This document shows, one piece after another, positions 16,931 to 25,243 of a stretch of 64,000 bases of DNA. Source of the DNA: an uncultured Candidatus Saccharibacteria bacterium (GTDB lineage Bacteria; Patescibacteriota; Minisyncoccia; Phycocordibacterales; UBA1550). Position 1 is the stretch's first letter, and every line of letters starts with the position of its first letter. The notes under the pieces are model-generated. The model saw nothing but the letters and a program-made list of their open reading frames with translations. It searched no databases and was not told where the DNA came from. The translations under genes were made by a program, and so were the position numbers. The DNA is taken from assembly GCA_964457625.1 (NCBI GenBank), contig CAYWES010000003.1, forward strand, positions 8,013 to 72,012, given 5' to 3'.

Positions 16931-17773
16931 TTATTTCAAAAGTGATGTAACTTTTTGTACGATTTCTTCGAGCGTAAAGTTTGCCTTGACCATAAAATCA
17001 GTCGCACCGAGCTCCATTGCTTTATCAATATCTGCTTTGTCTCCAAGGTTGCTGAAAATGATAACGGGAGTAGCTTTTGTGGCATCTTCCGCGCGTAACC
17101 CACGAAGCACTTCAAATCCATCAACGCGCGGAAGCATGAGGTCAAGGAGGACAATAGCCGGTGCGATGGTTTTGAGTTTTGCCTGAGCTTCTTCCCCGTC
17201 GGCCGCGCTCTCAACGACAAATTTTTCACTGGAAAGCTTCTTTACGAGGAGGTCGCGCAAAAACTTGTCATCCTCAACGACAAGCACGAGCGCAGACTCG
17301 CTTGGTGATGCGCTAGGTTTTGCTTCACCGGAAACAGGGGCTGCCGCAACCTCTGCGGAGCTACTCTGAGCTTCCGCACTCAAATTATTCGGCGTATCAA
17401 CGCTATTCAAAACATTCTTTGCTTTTTCTATAATCTCGCTTGGGTTAAAGACTGCTTTAATAAAGAAATCTTTTGCCCCAAGCTCACGCGCGCGCGTCAT
17501 GAGTTCAGTCTCAGATGAATTTGAAATAACAATGACGGGAAGATCCTTCTGCTCAGGGTTTTTGCGAAGAGCTTCAAAAATTTCCATACCATCTTTCCCC
17601 GGCATAAAAATATCGAGTACGAGAAGATCGGGCTTTTGCGCGTTGAGCATCGCTTCTGTTTCAAGTCCGTCTTTGGCACGATCGACGAGAAACCCTTCCT
17701 TTTCAAACTTTTCCGCAAGGACATCGCGGATCAGCGCATCGTCTTCAGCAATGAGAATTCTTTGTTCTGCCAT
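16931..17773 (-). CDS. Response regulator with two tandem receiver (REC) domains and no output domain
   Basis: 280 aa. REC1 has EDD...D...LD...MPGKDG; an Ala/Ser/Pro-rich linker follows; REC2 has EDD...LDLMLPRVDG...K. It is immediately downstream of the histidine kinase on the minus strand. Confidence 0.8.
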   Translation of the reverse strand: MAEQRILIAEDDALIRDVLAEKFEKEGFLVDRAKDGLETEAMLNAQKPDLLVLDIFMPGKDGMEIFEALRKNPEQKDLPVIVISNSSETELMTRARELGAKDFFIKAVFNPSEIIEKAKNVLNSVDTPNNLSAEAQSSSAEVAAAPVSGEAKPSASPSESALVLVVEDDKFLRDLLVKKLSSEKFVVESAADGEEAQAKLKTIAPAIVLLDLMLPRVDGFEVLRGLRAEDATKATPVIIFSNLGDKADIDKAMELGATDFMVKANFTLEEIVQKVTSLLK

Positions 17774-17811
17774 GATATATCGTATAGCGTTAATAGTAGC
17801 ACAAACGCGCT

Positions 17812-18849
17812 CTATTGCACCACTTCGTTGATGGGGAGATTGATAATAAAGGTAGCCCCCTTCCCTTCAAGAGAATCCACGCGGATCGTACCCTGATGAC
17901 GCGCGATGATTGTCTGCGCGATAAAGAGCCCGAGCCCTGTCCCCTCAGCGTGCAAGCGTACCGCATTTGAAGCGCGAAAGAATTTTGAAAAGAGTTTGCT
18001 CTGCTCTTCGGCGGGGATCCCCACGCCCGTATCGCTGATCCGTATTTCAAGAATGGAATCATGATTTTGCGCCACGAGAGTCACCGTCCCTCCCGAAGGA
18101 GTATATTTCAAGCCATTATCAACGATATTCTGAAGCGCGATGAGCATGCTTTCAAAATCAAATATGAAAAGAGGGAGATTCTCGGTGCGATTCTCTATGA
18201 CAAGGGTCACATTGCGCTCTCGGGAAGCGAGATCTGAGTTTTCGCGGAGGGTGTGGAGGAGGAGAGCGAAATCGTTTTGCTTAAATTCATAGCCGAATTT
18301 TCCATTTTCAATACGCGACACGTAGAGGAGATTGTTCACCATCTGTACCATCTTTTCATTCGCGTCATATACGCGCTTGACCATGTCGTGTTGCTCTGGA
18401 GAAAGAGCCCCCGCGTCACCATCAAGGAGAGATTTAAGCGCCCATTTTATGCCTGCAAGAGGGGTGCGGAGCTGATGCGCGGCGACGGAATTAAAAGAGG
18501 ACTTCAGAGTATCAACTTCACGGAACTTCCCCACCATCGCATTGAGAGACGCCCCGAGCTCCCCCACATCATCGGACTCAAGGTACTCCACGGCGCCGTT
18601 GAGGTTTCCCTCAGAAAGCGTTTCTATAAACTGGCGATATTCTTTGAGAGGATACAAAATACATCGACGAATCTTCCAGGCAATAAACACGAGCGCGGGA
18701 ATCGTAAAAAAAATACTTGAGAGCGCTAAAATGAGCCCGGTACTGAGAGGGTTTGTGTGGAAAAGAAGGGTAAGAACAAGAAAGATAATAAGTGTCGCAA
18801 GGAGAACGCTTGCAACGATGAACACATTGATAGCCAAGAGCAGTTTCAT
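17812..18849 (-). CDS. Sensor histidine kinase (2 TM helices, HisKA, HATPase_c)
   Basis: 345 aa with the H-box AAHQLRTPLAGI, an N-box, and G-boxes (DTGVGIP, GTGLGL). Confidence 0.85.
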   Translation of the reverse strand: MKLLLAINVFIVASVLLATLIIFLVLTLLFHTNPLSTGLILALSSIFFTIPALVFIAWKIRRCILYPLKEYRQFIETLSEGNLNGAVEYLESDDVGELGASLNAMVGKFREVDTLKSSFNSVAAHQLRTPLAGIKWALKSLLDGDAGALSPEQHDMVKRVYDANEKMVQMVNNLLYVSRIENGKFGYEFKQNDFALLLHTLRENSDLASRERNVTLVIENRTENLPLFIFDFESMLIALQNIVDNGLKYTPSGGTVTLVAQNHDSILEIRISDTGVGIPAEEQSKLFSKFFRASNAVRLHAEGTGLGLFIAQTIIARHQGTIRVDSLEGKGATFIINLPINEVVQ

Positions 18850-18937
18850 ACGGTCATGTAATTATAGCCCAAAACCCTCTCCCCCGCCAAGGAAAATATA
18901 AAAAGTGCTCACGATAACGAGCCTTGGAGGCTCATTC

Positions 18938-18972
18938 TTGTCGGGGTGCCGAGAATCGAACTCGGCCTATCT
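18938..18972 (-). repeat. Partial copy of the tRNA-Pro 3' half (positions about 40-73 plus 3 nt of trailer). It is a 35-bp perfect direct repeat of 19027-19062.
   Basis: TTGTCGGGGTGCCGAGAATCGAACTCGGCCTATCT occurs twice. The 55-bp spacer holds two perfect hairpins (AAATTTC-TTATG-GAAATTT and GGAAGTGT-GCAG-ACACTTCC). Confidence 0.8.
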
Positions 18973-19029
18973 AAATTTCTTATGGAAATTTCCGCGGAAG
19001 TGTGCAGACACTTCCGGTCAAGTGCTTTG

Positions 19030-19100
19030 TCGGGGTGCCGAGAATCGAACTCGGCCTATCTGCTCCCAAAGCAGACGTACTACCGATATACTACACCCCG
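19030..19100 (-). tRNA. tRNA-Pro (anticodon TGG)
   Basis: The reverse complement folds as CGGGGTG-TA-GTAT-ATCGGTA-GTAC-G-TCTGC-TTTGGGA-GCAGA-TAGG-CCGAG-TTCGATT-CTCGG-CACCCCG-A. No CCA is encoded. Confidence 0.8.
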
Positions 19101-19272
19101 ACAAATCACTTGACCCCACGCAGACTCCCTACTAACAACACTACACCCCGATATGATGTTACACGGGAAACGTACGAGCTATAGTATCACAAGTACGCAA
19201 ACCAGCCAAGTTATCAGATTCTCTCAATTACATGAAAAATGGGGCTACTTTGTGGGACTGGAAAGAACATTA

Positions 19273-19674
19273 TCAAAGAACGAGATTTTCTAGGAAAGCT
19301 ATGGTTCCTTTTTTCTGCACTTGATCGAGTTTCACCGTAATTGCGTCAAAAACCCATTCCGGCTCACCCTGAGGATACTGTTTCAAAAGATAGGCTTGTA
19401 TGGTGCGCGCAATTCTTCTTAATTTCTGAGGATGAATATTGTCTTCAGGTCTGTGTGCGTCATTGGTTACACGGGAAACATCCCTCATGTTTTCACGTGA
19501 AACAGTTTTTACCTCAATAAAATGAAGGATTTCCCCTTTTCTGGCGATAATATCAATTTCTCCGTACTTTTTACGATAATTTCTACAAACGATGCAGAAA
19601 CCTTTTTTAATAAGATACTTTGCGGATATTTCTTCCCCAATCGCCCCAATAATCTGCTTTTCAGTGCGTGCCAT
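19273..19674 (-). CDS. yraN: UPF0102/YraN family (restriction-endonuclease-like fold) protein
   Basis: 133 aa with the GEIDIIARKGEILHFIEVKT core typical of YraN. Confidence 0.7.
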   Translation of the reverse strand: MARTEKQIIGAIGEEISAKYLIKKGFCIVCRNYRKKYGEIDIIARKGEILHFIEVKTVSRENMRDVSRVTNDAHRPEDNIHPQKLRRIARTIQAYLLKQYPQGEPEWVFDAITVKLDQVQKKGTIAFLENLVL

Positions 19675-19806
19675 AACGTTCTTTAGTCTCCATTGTAAAA
19701 AAATATAGGGAAAACACCAATTTCTTGAATCCAGTATCTAATACGGACTCCCGCATTCTACCAGTAGTGTGCGAATTTTTAAGACAAGGAAGGAGGTCGG
19801 TGTTTC

Positions 19807-20022
19807 ATGAATAACACCAGGATATGGTTACTAAGTAACATTTTTACAGGAAAATCCCGAAAAAAGGGAGTTTATGATAGAAATGCTTACAAAATAAGGG
19901 TTTTTCTGAAATGTCTTTTTTGTAAGGGTCTTTTTTGTCCTAAAAATACTGTCTTTTATCAACACTATACACAGAGTTATCCACAGTTTTATGCAATTTT
20001 CCCCATATTTTTCCGTATTTAG
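19807..20022 (+). CDS. Possible small basic Cys-containing protein (71 aa). Its start codon follows a strong Shine-Dalgarno sequence.
   Basis: AGGAAGGAGGT lies 8-9 nt upstream of the ATG. The composition is AT-rich and low complexity, so the coding call is uncertain. Confidence 0.3.
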   Translation: MNNTRIWLLSNIFTGKSRKKGVYDRNAYKIRVFLKCLFCKGLFCPKNTVFYQHYTQSYPQFYAIFPIFFRI

Positions 20023-20062
20023 GCGTTGACACTTGAGACAAATGTGACATTTTTGTCCCTAA

Positions 20063-20084
20063 AATGTCCTTTATAAAGGACATT
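20063..20084. promoter_or_regulatory. 22-bp perfect palindrome AATGTCCTTTATAAAGGACATT (operator candidate). It is flanked by additional GTCC/GGAC half-sites and promoter-like hexamers upstream of the ORF at 20146.
   Basis: Seen directly. The surrounding 19700-20145 is an unusually AT-rich non-coding stretch with repeated TGTCC / GGACA motifs. Confidence 0.5.
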
Positions 20085-20145
20085 GTCAGATTGTTACTTT
20101 TATAATAGAATGTCATTAGGTTTTTCTTTGTAGCGTACGTAGGGG

Positions 20146-20460
20146 GTGGTTATGGGCCAGAAAAAAATAAAGATTGATATCGGAAGAGAGCTTTCTCGTC
20201 AGGCTGTCTATGAGATTAGATCATTTCTCATAGCGCTTGAGGGATATAGAGATAGGGGTAAAAGCGATTTTCTCCTGAAAACATCCTTTGAGTTTCTAAG
20301 GCTTGCGGTTATGCTTGCCGCTGGAGAGAAACAAAAGTTGGATGTCTATATGGAGATTGGGTGTCTGTTCCTCTTGCCAAACAGGGAACAACGCCTTTCA
20401 CCGTTTCTGAGCATCGGCATAACGCCGGAAACAGCGGAAGAAATTTACGACCTCCTTTAA
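20146..20460 (+). CDS. Hypothetical protein (104 aa)
   Basis: ORF followed by a clean terminator. A GGGGGTGG SD-like sequence lies upstream. No recognisable domain. Confidence 0.45.
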   Translation: MVMGQKKIKIDIGRELSRQAVYEIRSFLIALEGYRDRGKSDFLLKTSFEFLRLAVMLAAGEKQKLDVYMEIGCLFLLPNREQRLSPFLSIGITPETAEEIYDLL

Positions 20461-20469
20461 CGTAACGTT

Positions 20470-20500
20470 AAAAGCCATACCACTAGGTATGGCTTTTTTA
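20470..20500. terminator. Rho-independent terminator
   Basis: AAAGCCATACC-ACTA-GGTATGGCTTT followed by TTTA. Confidence 0.75.
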
Positions 20501-20506
20501 TTTGTG

Positions 20507-20667
20507 CGGGTAGGGAATCGGTCACGGATATTTTCCTCGCCGTCGCTCGAAAAATTCCGCGACCCCGGCTCGCCGTTTTGCGTTGCTACGCAAAACATGC
20601 TCCGCCTTTCGATTCTCCACGCAAGGCACTCAAGTGCCTTGCTCTACCCGCACAGCAAAAAGCCCCT
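20507..20667. other. tRNA-Gly(GCC)-derived element about 160 nt long. Its termini (TGTGCGGGTAGGGAATCGG ... GCTCTACCCGCACA) copy both acceptor-stem halves of the adjacent tRNA. The interior holds three perfect hairpins and a TTCGATTCTCC T-loop-like motif.
   Basis: Seen directly. The start matches the tRNA gene's TGTGCGGGTAGGGAGAATCGA with a 2-nt deletion. Internal hairpins are GTTTTGCGT-TGCT-ACGCAAAAC, CAAGGCAC-TCAA-GTGCCTTG and AAAGCCCC-TTTC-GGGGCCTTT. Confidence 0.35.
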
Positions 20668-20686
20668 TTCGGGGCCTTTACTGCTG

Positions 20687-20757
20687 TGCGGGTAGGGAGA
20701 ATCGAACTCCCGACTCATCCTTGGCAAGGACGTGTTCTACCACTAAACCATACCCGC
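20687..20757 (-). tRNA. tRNA-Gly (anticodon GCC)
   Basis: The reverse complement folds as GCGGGTA-TG-GTTT-AGTGGTA-GAAC-A-CGTCC-TTGCCAA-GGATG-AGTC-GGGAG-TTCGATT-CTCCC-TACCCGC-A. Confidence 0.85.
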
Positions 20758-20876
20758 AATATGGTTTGTATCATATAGGAAAGGGAGGTGTTTCGCAAGG
20801 GAATATCTGATTTTTTCTCAAAAAATGTCGGGGGGTTTTTTGATTTTTGGGCATTTTACGCTATAGTTTCGGTACT

Positions 20877-20951
20877 GCCTTCGTGGTGAAATGGATATCA
20901 CAACGGTCTTCGGAACCGTCGTTCCAGGTTCGAGTCCTGGCGGGGGCACCA
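20877..20951 (+). tRNA. tRNA-Arg (anticodon TCG) with a genomically encoded 3' CCA
   Basis: GCCTTCG-TG-GTGA-AATGGATA-TCAC-A-ACGGT-CTTCGGA-ACCGT-CGTT-CCAGG-TTCGAGT-CCTGG-CGGGGGC-A-CCA. The acceptor stem has two G:U pairs. Confidence 0.75.
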
Positions 20952-20959
20952 CAACCAAA

Positions 20960-22447
20960 ATGACATCTCAACTAAAAAATAACATTGACTATACCATTCC
21001 CTCTGATGTTTCCCGTGTAACAAACACTCTTCGAGCTAAAGGATTTGAAGCATACCTCGTCGGCGGATGCGTCCGAGACATGATAACAAACATCAAGCCA
21101 CGAGACTGGGACGTAACCACAGACGCAAAACCCGATCAAATTCAAGAAATTTTTCCTGATTCTTTCTATGAAAATGACTATGGAACTGTGGGTGTCGTCA
21201 CAGGTTCAGAAGACGAAACACTCCATGTTGTTGAAGTTACGCCATATCGTACCGAAGGATCCTATAGCGACAAAAGGCGCCCTGATTCGGTCTCTTTTCA
21301 TGCAAATCTTGAGGACGATCTGAAACGAAGGGACTTCACCATCAACGCCATTGCGTACGATGATTCAAAAGGACATATTATCGACCCGTATGAGGGTATA
21401 AAGGACATAAAGGACAAAATCCTTCGTACGGTAGGGGATCCGTATGACCGTTTCCACGAGGACGCTTTGCGTATCCTCCGCGCGGTACGCCTCGCGACGG
21501 GGCTTGGTTTCATGATTAACACAGAGACCCAAGAAGCAATCCAAAAAACCGCTCCAAATCTCAAGGAAATTGCCGTGGAACGTATCCGCGACGAGTTTTC
21601 AAAGATGATTATGTCCAAAGACCCCATGATTGGCGTCATTATGTGTGAGAAGCTCGGACTCCTTGAATACATTGCGCCTGATTTAAAGAGGGGAATTGGC
21701 GTAGACCAAAATGGTGACCATATCTATACCGTATGGGAGCACAATCTCCGCGCTCTCCAGCACTCTGCAAACAGGGAGTGGCCTCTCCATGTACGCCTCG
21801 CCGCGCTTTTTCATGACATCTCAAAGCCTGAAACACGTCGCTGGTCGGACGAGAAAAACGATTGGACATTCTACGGACATGATGTGGTGGGAGGAAAGGT
21901 TGCAAAAAAGGCTCTGGAGAACCTCAAATATCCAAAGAAAATCGTTGACGTGGTTTCGCTCCTTGTGCGTCACCATCTCTTTTTCTCAGATATTGATAAA
22001 ATCACGCTCTCTGCCGTGCGCCGTATTGTGCGCAATGTGGGACCGGAAAACGTATGGGATCTCATGAAAGTCCGCGCATGCGATCGTATTGGCATGGGGC
22101 GCCCGCGTGAGACACCGTACCGCCTCCGCAAATATGAATCAATGATTGAAGAGGCGATGCGCTCACCTGTGTCTGTCGCCATGCTCAAGATTACCGGCGA
22201 ACAAATCATGAGTGTTTGTCATGAAACACCGGGTCCTCGTATCGGGCTCATTCTCCACGCGCTCCTTGAGGAGGTGATTGATTTCCCTGAAAACAACAAT
22301 GAAGAATTTCTCGTGAAACGCGCCCTTGAACTCGCAAAGCTTCCAAACGACGAACTCAAAGCCCGCGGTGAATCAGGAAAAGAAAAGAAAGAAGAGAGGG
22401 AAGAAGCAGAGCTTGCCGAGATCAGAAAACGACATAATGTGAAATAG
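20960..22447 (+). CDS. cca: CCA-adding enzyme (tRNA nucleotidyltransferase) with a C-terminal HD domain
   Basis: PolyA_pol head (GGCVRD...D.D), an HD motif (HD...D) and a Lys/Glu-rich tail. The start was set at MTSQLKNN because the upstream Met would overlap the tRNA-Arg gene. Confidence 0.85.
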   Translation: MTSQLKNNIDYTIPSDVSRVTNTLRAKGFEAYLVGGCVRDMITNIKPRDWDVTTDAKPDQIQEIFPDSFYENDYGTVGVVTGSEDETLHVVEVTPYRTEGSYSDKRRPDSVSFHANLEDDLKRRDFTINAIAYDDSKGHIIDPYEGIKDIKDKILRTVGDPYDRFHEDALRILRAVRLATGLGFMINTETQEAIQKTAPNLKEIAVERIRDEFSKMIMSKDPMIGVIMCEKLGLLEYIAPDLKRGIGVDQNGDHIYTVWEHNLRALQHSANREWPLHVRLAALFHDISKPETRRWSDEKNDWTFYGHDVVGGKVAKKALENLKYPKKIVDVVSLLVRHHLFFSDIDKITLSAVRRIVRNVGPENVWDLMKVRACDRIGMGRPRETPYRLRKYESMIEEAMRSPVSVAMLKITGEQIMSVCHETPGPRIGLILHALLEEVIDFPENNNEEFLVKRALELAKLPNDELKARGESGKEKKEEREEAELAEIRKRHNVK

Positions 22448-22502
22448 CACCTAGGAGTATTCCGAGGTTTCATTAGTTTGATAGATGTATTAGAATAGAT
22501 TC

Positions 22503-22799
22503 ATGAAACAAGATTTAATAAAGCGAGGATGGGTTCTTCTTTTGTTGTTGTATGCCCTTCTTGTATCGTTAACACTAATGGTTGGATTCCTTACGCAAGG
22601 ATTTGTCCCTGAACGTGCGTGCGACTCATTATGTCAAACCCAAGGTTATGTATCGCTTGCCAATGGAGCATTTGTTCTCTTTTTGACGGCCTTGTTCATC
22701 AAACCATTTCTTACACGCACAATCTTTAAAAGGATTTTTCTTGTGTACTTTATTGGTATCCACCTATCTTTTATAATACACGCGCTTATTCTTACTTAG
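22503..22799 (+). CDS. Hypothetical small membrane protein (3 predicted TM helices)
   Basis: 98 aa hydrophobic ORF with no known domain. Confidence 0.4.
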   Translation: MKQDLIKRGWVLLLLLYALLVSLTLMVGFLTQGFVPERACDSLCQTQGYVSLANGAFVLFLTALFIKPFLTRTIFKRIFLVYFIGIHLSFIIHALILT

Positions 22800-22811
22800 G
22801 GAATAAAATTT

Positions 22812-23579
22812 TTATCTCACCTCAATCACAATCGGGCAATGATCTGAGCCGTAAATGTCGGCAAGAATTTCTGCCTTGCGGACGCGGGGGAGGAGGTCGG
22901 GACTGATAAAGAAATAATCAATGCGCCAGCCGACATTCCGAGAGCGCGCAGCTGTCTTCATATCCCAGTACGTATACGCGTCCTTTGTATCCGGATGCGT
23001 GTGGCGATAGATGTCCACATAGCCATGGCGGATGACTTCATCAATCCACGCGCGCTCTTCGGGGAGAAATCCCGTATTTGTTTCATTTTCCTTTGGGCGG
23101 GCGAGATCAATCTCCTCGTGAGCGGTATTCACATCACCACAGACAATCACCGCATGTCCGGCAATACGAAGCTTTTCAATAAACGCTAAAAAATTGTCGT
23201 AAAACTCAAGCTTGTAGGCAAGGCGCTCCGGACCGCCACCTCCGTTGGGGAAGTAGCAATTCAAAAGGACAAAATCCGGAAAATAAAGGACGAGAAGGCG
23301 TCCCTCCTGATCCATGTCTTTTATACCCATACCTTCCTCTACCTTGAGGGGTTGTTGTTTCGTATATACACCCACTCCGCTATACCCTTTGCGTGTCTTT
23401 GAGTGGCTGAAGTACGAATGATAGCCGGGAACGGTGCGCACATCTTCGGGGAGCTGATCTGCTTCAGCTTTCGTCTCTTGCAGGCACAAGATATCGGGAT
23501 TCCGCGCCATAATATCCGCGAAATTTCCTTTTTTCGCCACCGCGCGAAGCCCGTTTACATTCCAAGAGATAATATTCAT
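22812..23579 (-). CDS. xth: Exodeoxyribonuclease III / AP endonuclease
   Basis: 255 aa with MNIISWNVNGLRA and the EEP-fold catalytic residues. Confidence 0.88.
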   Translation of the reverse strand: MNIISWNVNGLRAVAKKGNFADIMARNPDILCLQETKAEADQLPEDVRTVPGYHSYFSHSKTRKGYSGVGVYTKQQPLKVEEGMGIKDMDQEGRLLVLYFPDFVLLNCYFPNGGGGPERLAYKLEFYDNFLAFIEKLRIAGHAVIVCGDVNTAHEEIDLARPKENETNTGFLPEERAWIDEVIRHGYVDIYRHTHPDTKDAYTYWDMKTAARSRNVGWRIDYFFISPDLLPRVRKAEILADIYGSDHCPIVIEVR

Positions 23580-23641
23580 GTGTAGTAGTTTAGCACGAAA
23601 CCCATGAATAACGACACGTACGTAAGGTCGGATATATCAGC

Positions 23642-24565
23642 CTACTTTTTCCCATGAAACTTTTTGTGCACATCGCGGAGTTGCGCATCGGTCACGTGCG
23701 TATAGATCTGTGTTGTCGCGATATTAGAGTGCCCGAGCATCATCTGCACAGAGCGAATATCAGCGCCATTGCCGAGAAGGTCAGTCGCAAAAGAGTGACG
23801 AATGACGTGCGGAGTAACTTTTTTAGAAATACCCGCCTTGATCGCATACTGTTTCACCATGCGCTCAATCGAGCGGGGAGTGAGGCGCAGGGTATCCCCG
23901 TGTCCTTTGGTAAGACTTGTTTCAAGTCGCACAAAGAGCGCATCGTCCATGTCGGTACGCTTTGCGAGATACACGCGAATAGCTTCTTTCGCGCGCGGTG
24001 ACAAAAAGACAACACGCACTTTTTCTCCCTTACCGCGTATGGAAAACTCATCACGATCGAGATCCAGGTCACGAGAAAGGGAGCAGAGCTCGGAAAGGCG
24101 AAGTCCCGTGGAGAAAAAAAGCTCAAGAATCGCCCGGTCGCGCAATGATTTGAGATCATCACCCTCCGGAGCGGAGAGAAGACGCTCAAGGTCGGTCGGT
24201 GTAATGAGATCGAGGTCTCGCTCCGCAACCTTTGCGAGATCGATGCGTTCCGGAGAAAGAGATTCAACACCGCGCTTGCGGAGATATTTCAAGAAACTTC
24301 TGAGCGCGATGAGATAGTAATTTTGCGTTTTCTTTTTGAGCGTTTCCGCGCGCGCGCCCACACGCACCCCCGATGGCTGGCGATTGAGCCACAAACGAAA
24401 CTCACGCACCATATCATCCGTAATATCGCTTGGGTTTTTCGCTCCCGAGAAGTCAAAGAAACGATTGAGATAGCGCTCGTAGTTTTCTATGGTTTTTAAA
24501 CTGCGTCCCTTTTCAATTTCCAGATGTTCAAAAAATTGACGCTTCAGTGTTTGCAAATCCGCCAT
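23642..24565 (-). CDS. xerC: Tyrosine site-specific recombinase, XerC/XerD-like
   Basis: 307 aa with an N-terminal SAM-like domain and a catalytic C-terminus (R...HVIRHSFAT...LGHSNIATTQIYTHV). Confidence 0.85.
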   Translation of the reverse strand: MADLQTLKRQFFEHLEIEKGRSLKTIENYERYLNRFFDFSGAKNPSDITDDMVREFRLWLNRQPSGVRVGARAETLKKKTQNYYLIALRSFLKYLRKRGVESLSPERIDLAKVAERDLDLITPTDLERLLSAPEGDDLKSLRDRAILELFFSTGLRLSELCSLSRDLDLDRDEFSIRGKGEKVRVVFLSPRAKEAIRVYLAKRTDMDDALFVRLETSLTKGHGDTLRLTPRSIERMVKQYAIKAGISKKVTPHVIRHSFATDLLGNGADIRSVQMMLGHSNIATTQIYTHVTDAQLRDVHKKFHGKK

Positions 24566-24607
24566 GTATATACAGTATAGCGCGTAAGGGACACTCTGAG
24601 AACACGG

Positions 24608-24901
24608 TTGCCAAAGGTTGGGGGAGAGAGTAGACTGAGTGATATGGAACCCAACAACGACTATATTATTGTTGAAGACTCAAAAAACCTTGATGACGAT
24701 ACGGTGGGAGGGGGCGACGACGTAAAACTCTCTTCTCAAGAAGCTTCCGAGAAAACCTTTGCGGAGCAAGGAATCACGGTTGAAATGACCGAAAAAGACC
24801 AGAGTGGCGATCTCAGCGGGTTTGAAGACTTTGCTCAAGAGCTCTTAAATGAGGCGGGGATTGAAATTATGCCCTCAAACGGGGATAACCCTCTGGAATA
24901 A
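24608..24901 (+). CDS. Hypothetical acidic small protein
   Basis: ORF divergent from xerC. Highly acidic with no known domain, so coding status is uncertain. Confidence 0.35.
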   Translation: MPKVGGESRLSDMEPNNDYIIVEDSKNLDDDTVGGGDDVKLSSQEASEKTFAEQGITVEMTEKDQSGDLSGFEDFAQELLNEAGIEIMPSNGDNPLE

Positions 24902-24966
24902 GGCGTAATACCCCGAAATCCTTATATATGTACGTATTTCTTGCATTTTTTTAATTATCTGCTATA

Positions 24967-25239
24967 ATGGGCGGGATGATTACGACGAAGAAAAAGCAGA
25001 ATATTATTTCAAAAGCGCAGGTACATGCTACTGACACAGGGTCTCCTGAGGCACAGGTAGCGGTTCTTTCAGTACGTATTGAAGAACTTACTGCTCACCT
25101 CAAGAAGAACCACAAGGATAATCATTCTCGTCGTGGACTTCTCCAAATGGTAGCAGACCGCCGCAAGCACTTGAGCTATTTGAAGCGCAAGGACAAGAGT
25201 CGATACGAGACTCTCGTAAAGAAAATCGGCTTGAAGTAG
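24967..25239 (+). CDS. rpsO: 30S ribosomal protein S15
   Basis: S15 signature HATDTGSPEVQVAVLS..I..LT.HLK.NKKD.HSRRGLL.MV..RR.LL.YL. A terminator follows. Confidence 0.88.
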   Translation: MGGMITTKKKQNIISKAQVHATDTGSPEAQVAVLSVRIEELTAHLKKNHKDNHSRRGLLQMVADRRKHLSYLKRKDKSRYETLVKKIGLK

Positions 25240-25243
25240 CACA

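Noticed and set aside
20891-20959. Upstream extension of the cca ORF (start at 20891)
   Set aside because: It would translate through the tRNA-Arg gene including its CCA end. The internal Met at 20960 gives a normal CCA-enzyme N-terminus.
21298-22209. Minus-strand ORFs inside cca (21298..21672, 21639..21905, 21970..22209)
   Set aside because: They are antisense to a well-supported gene and have arbitrary composition.
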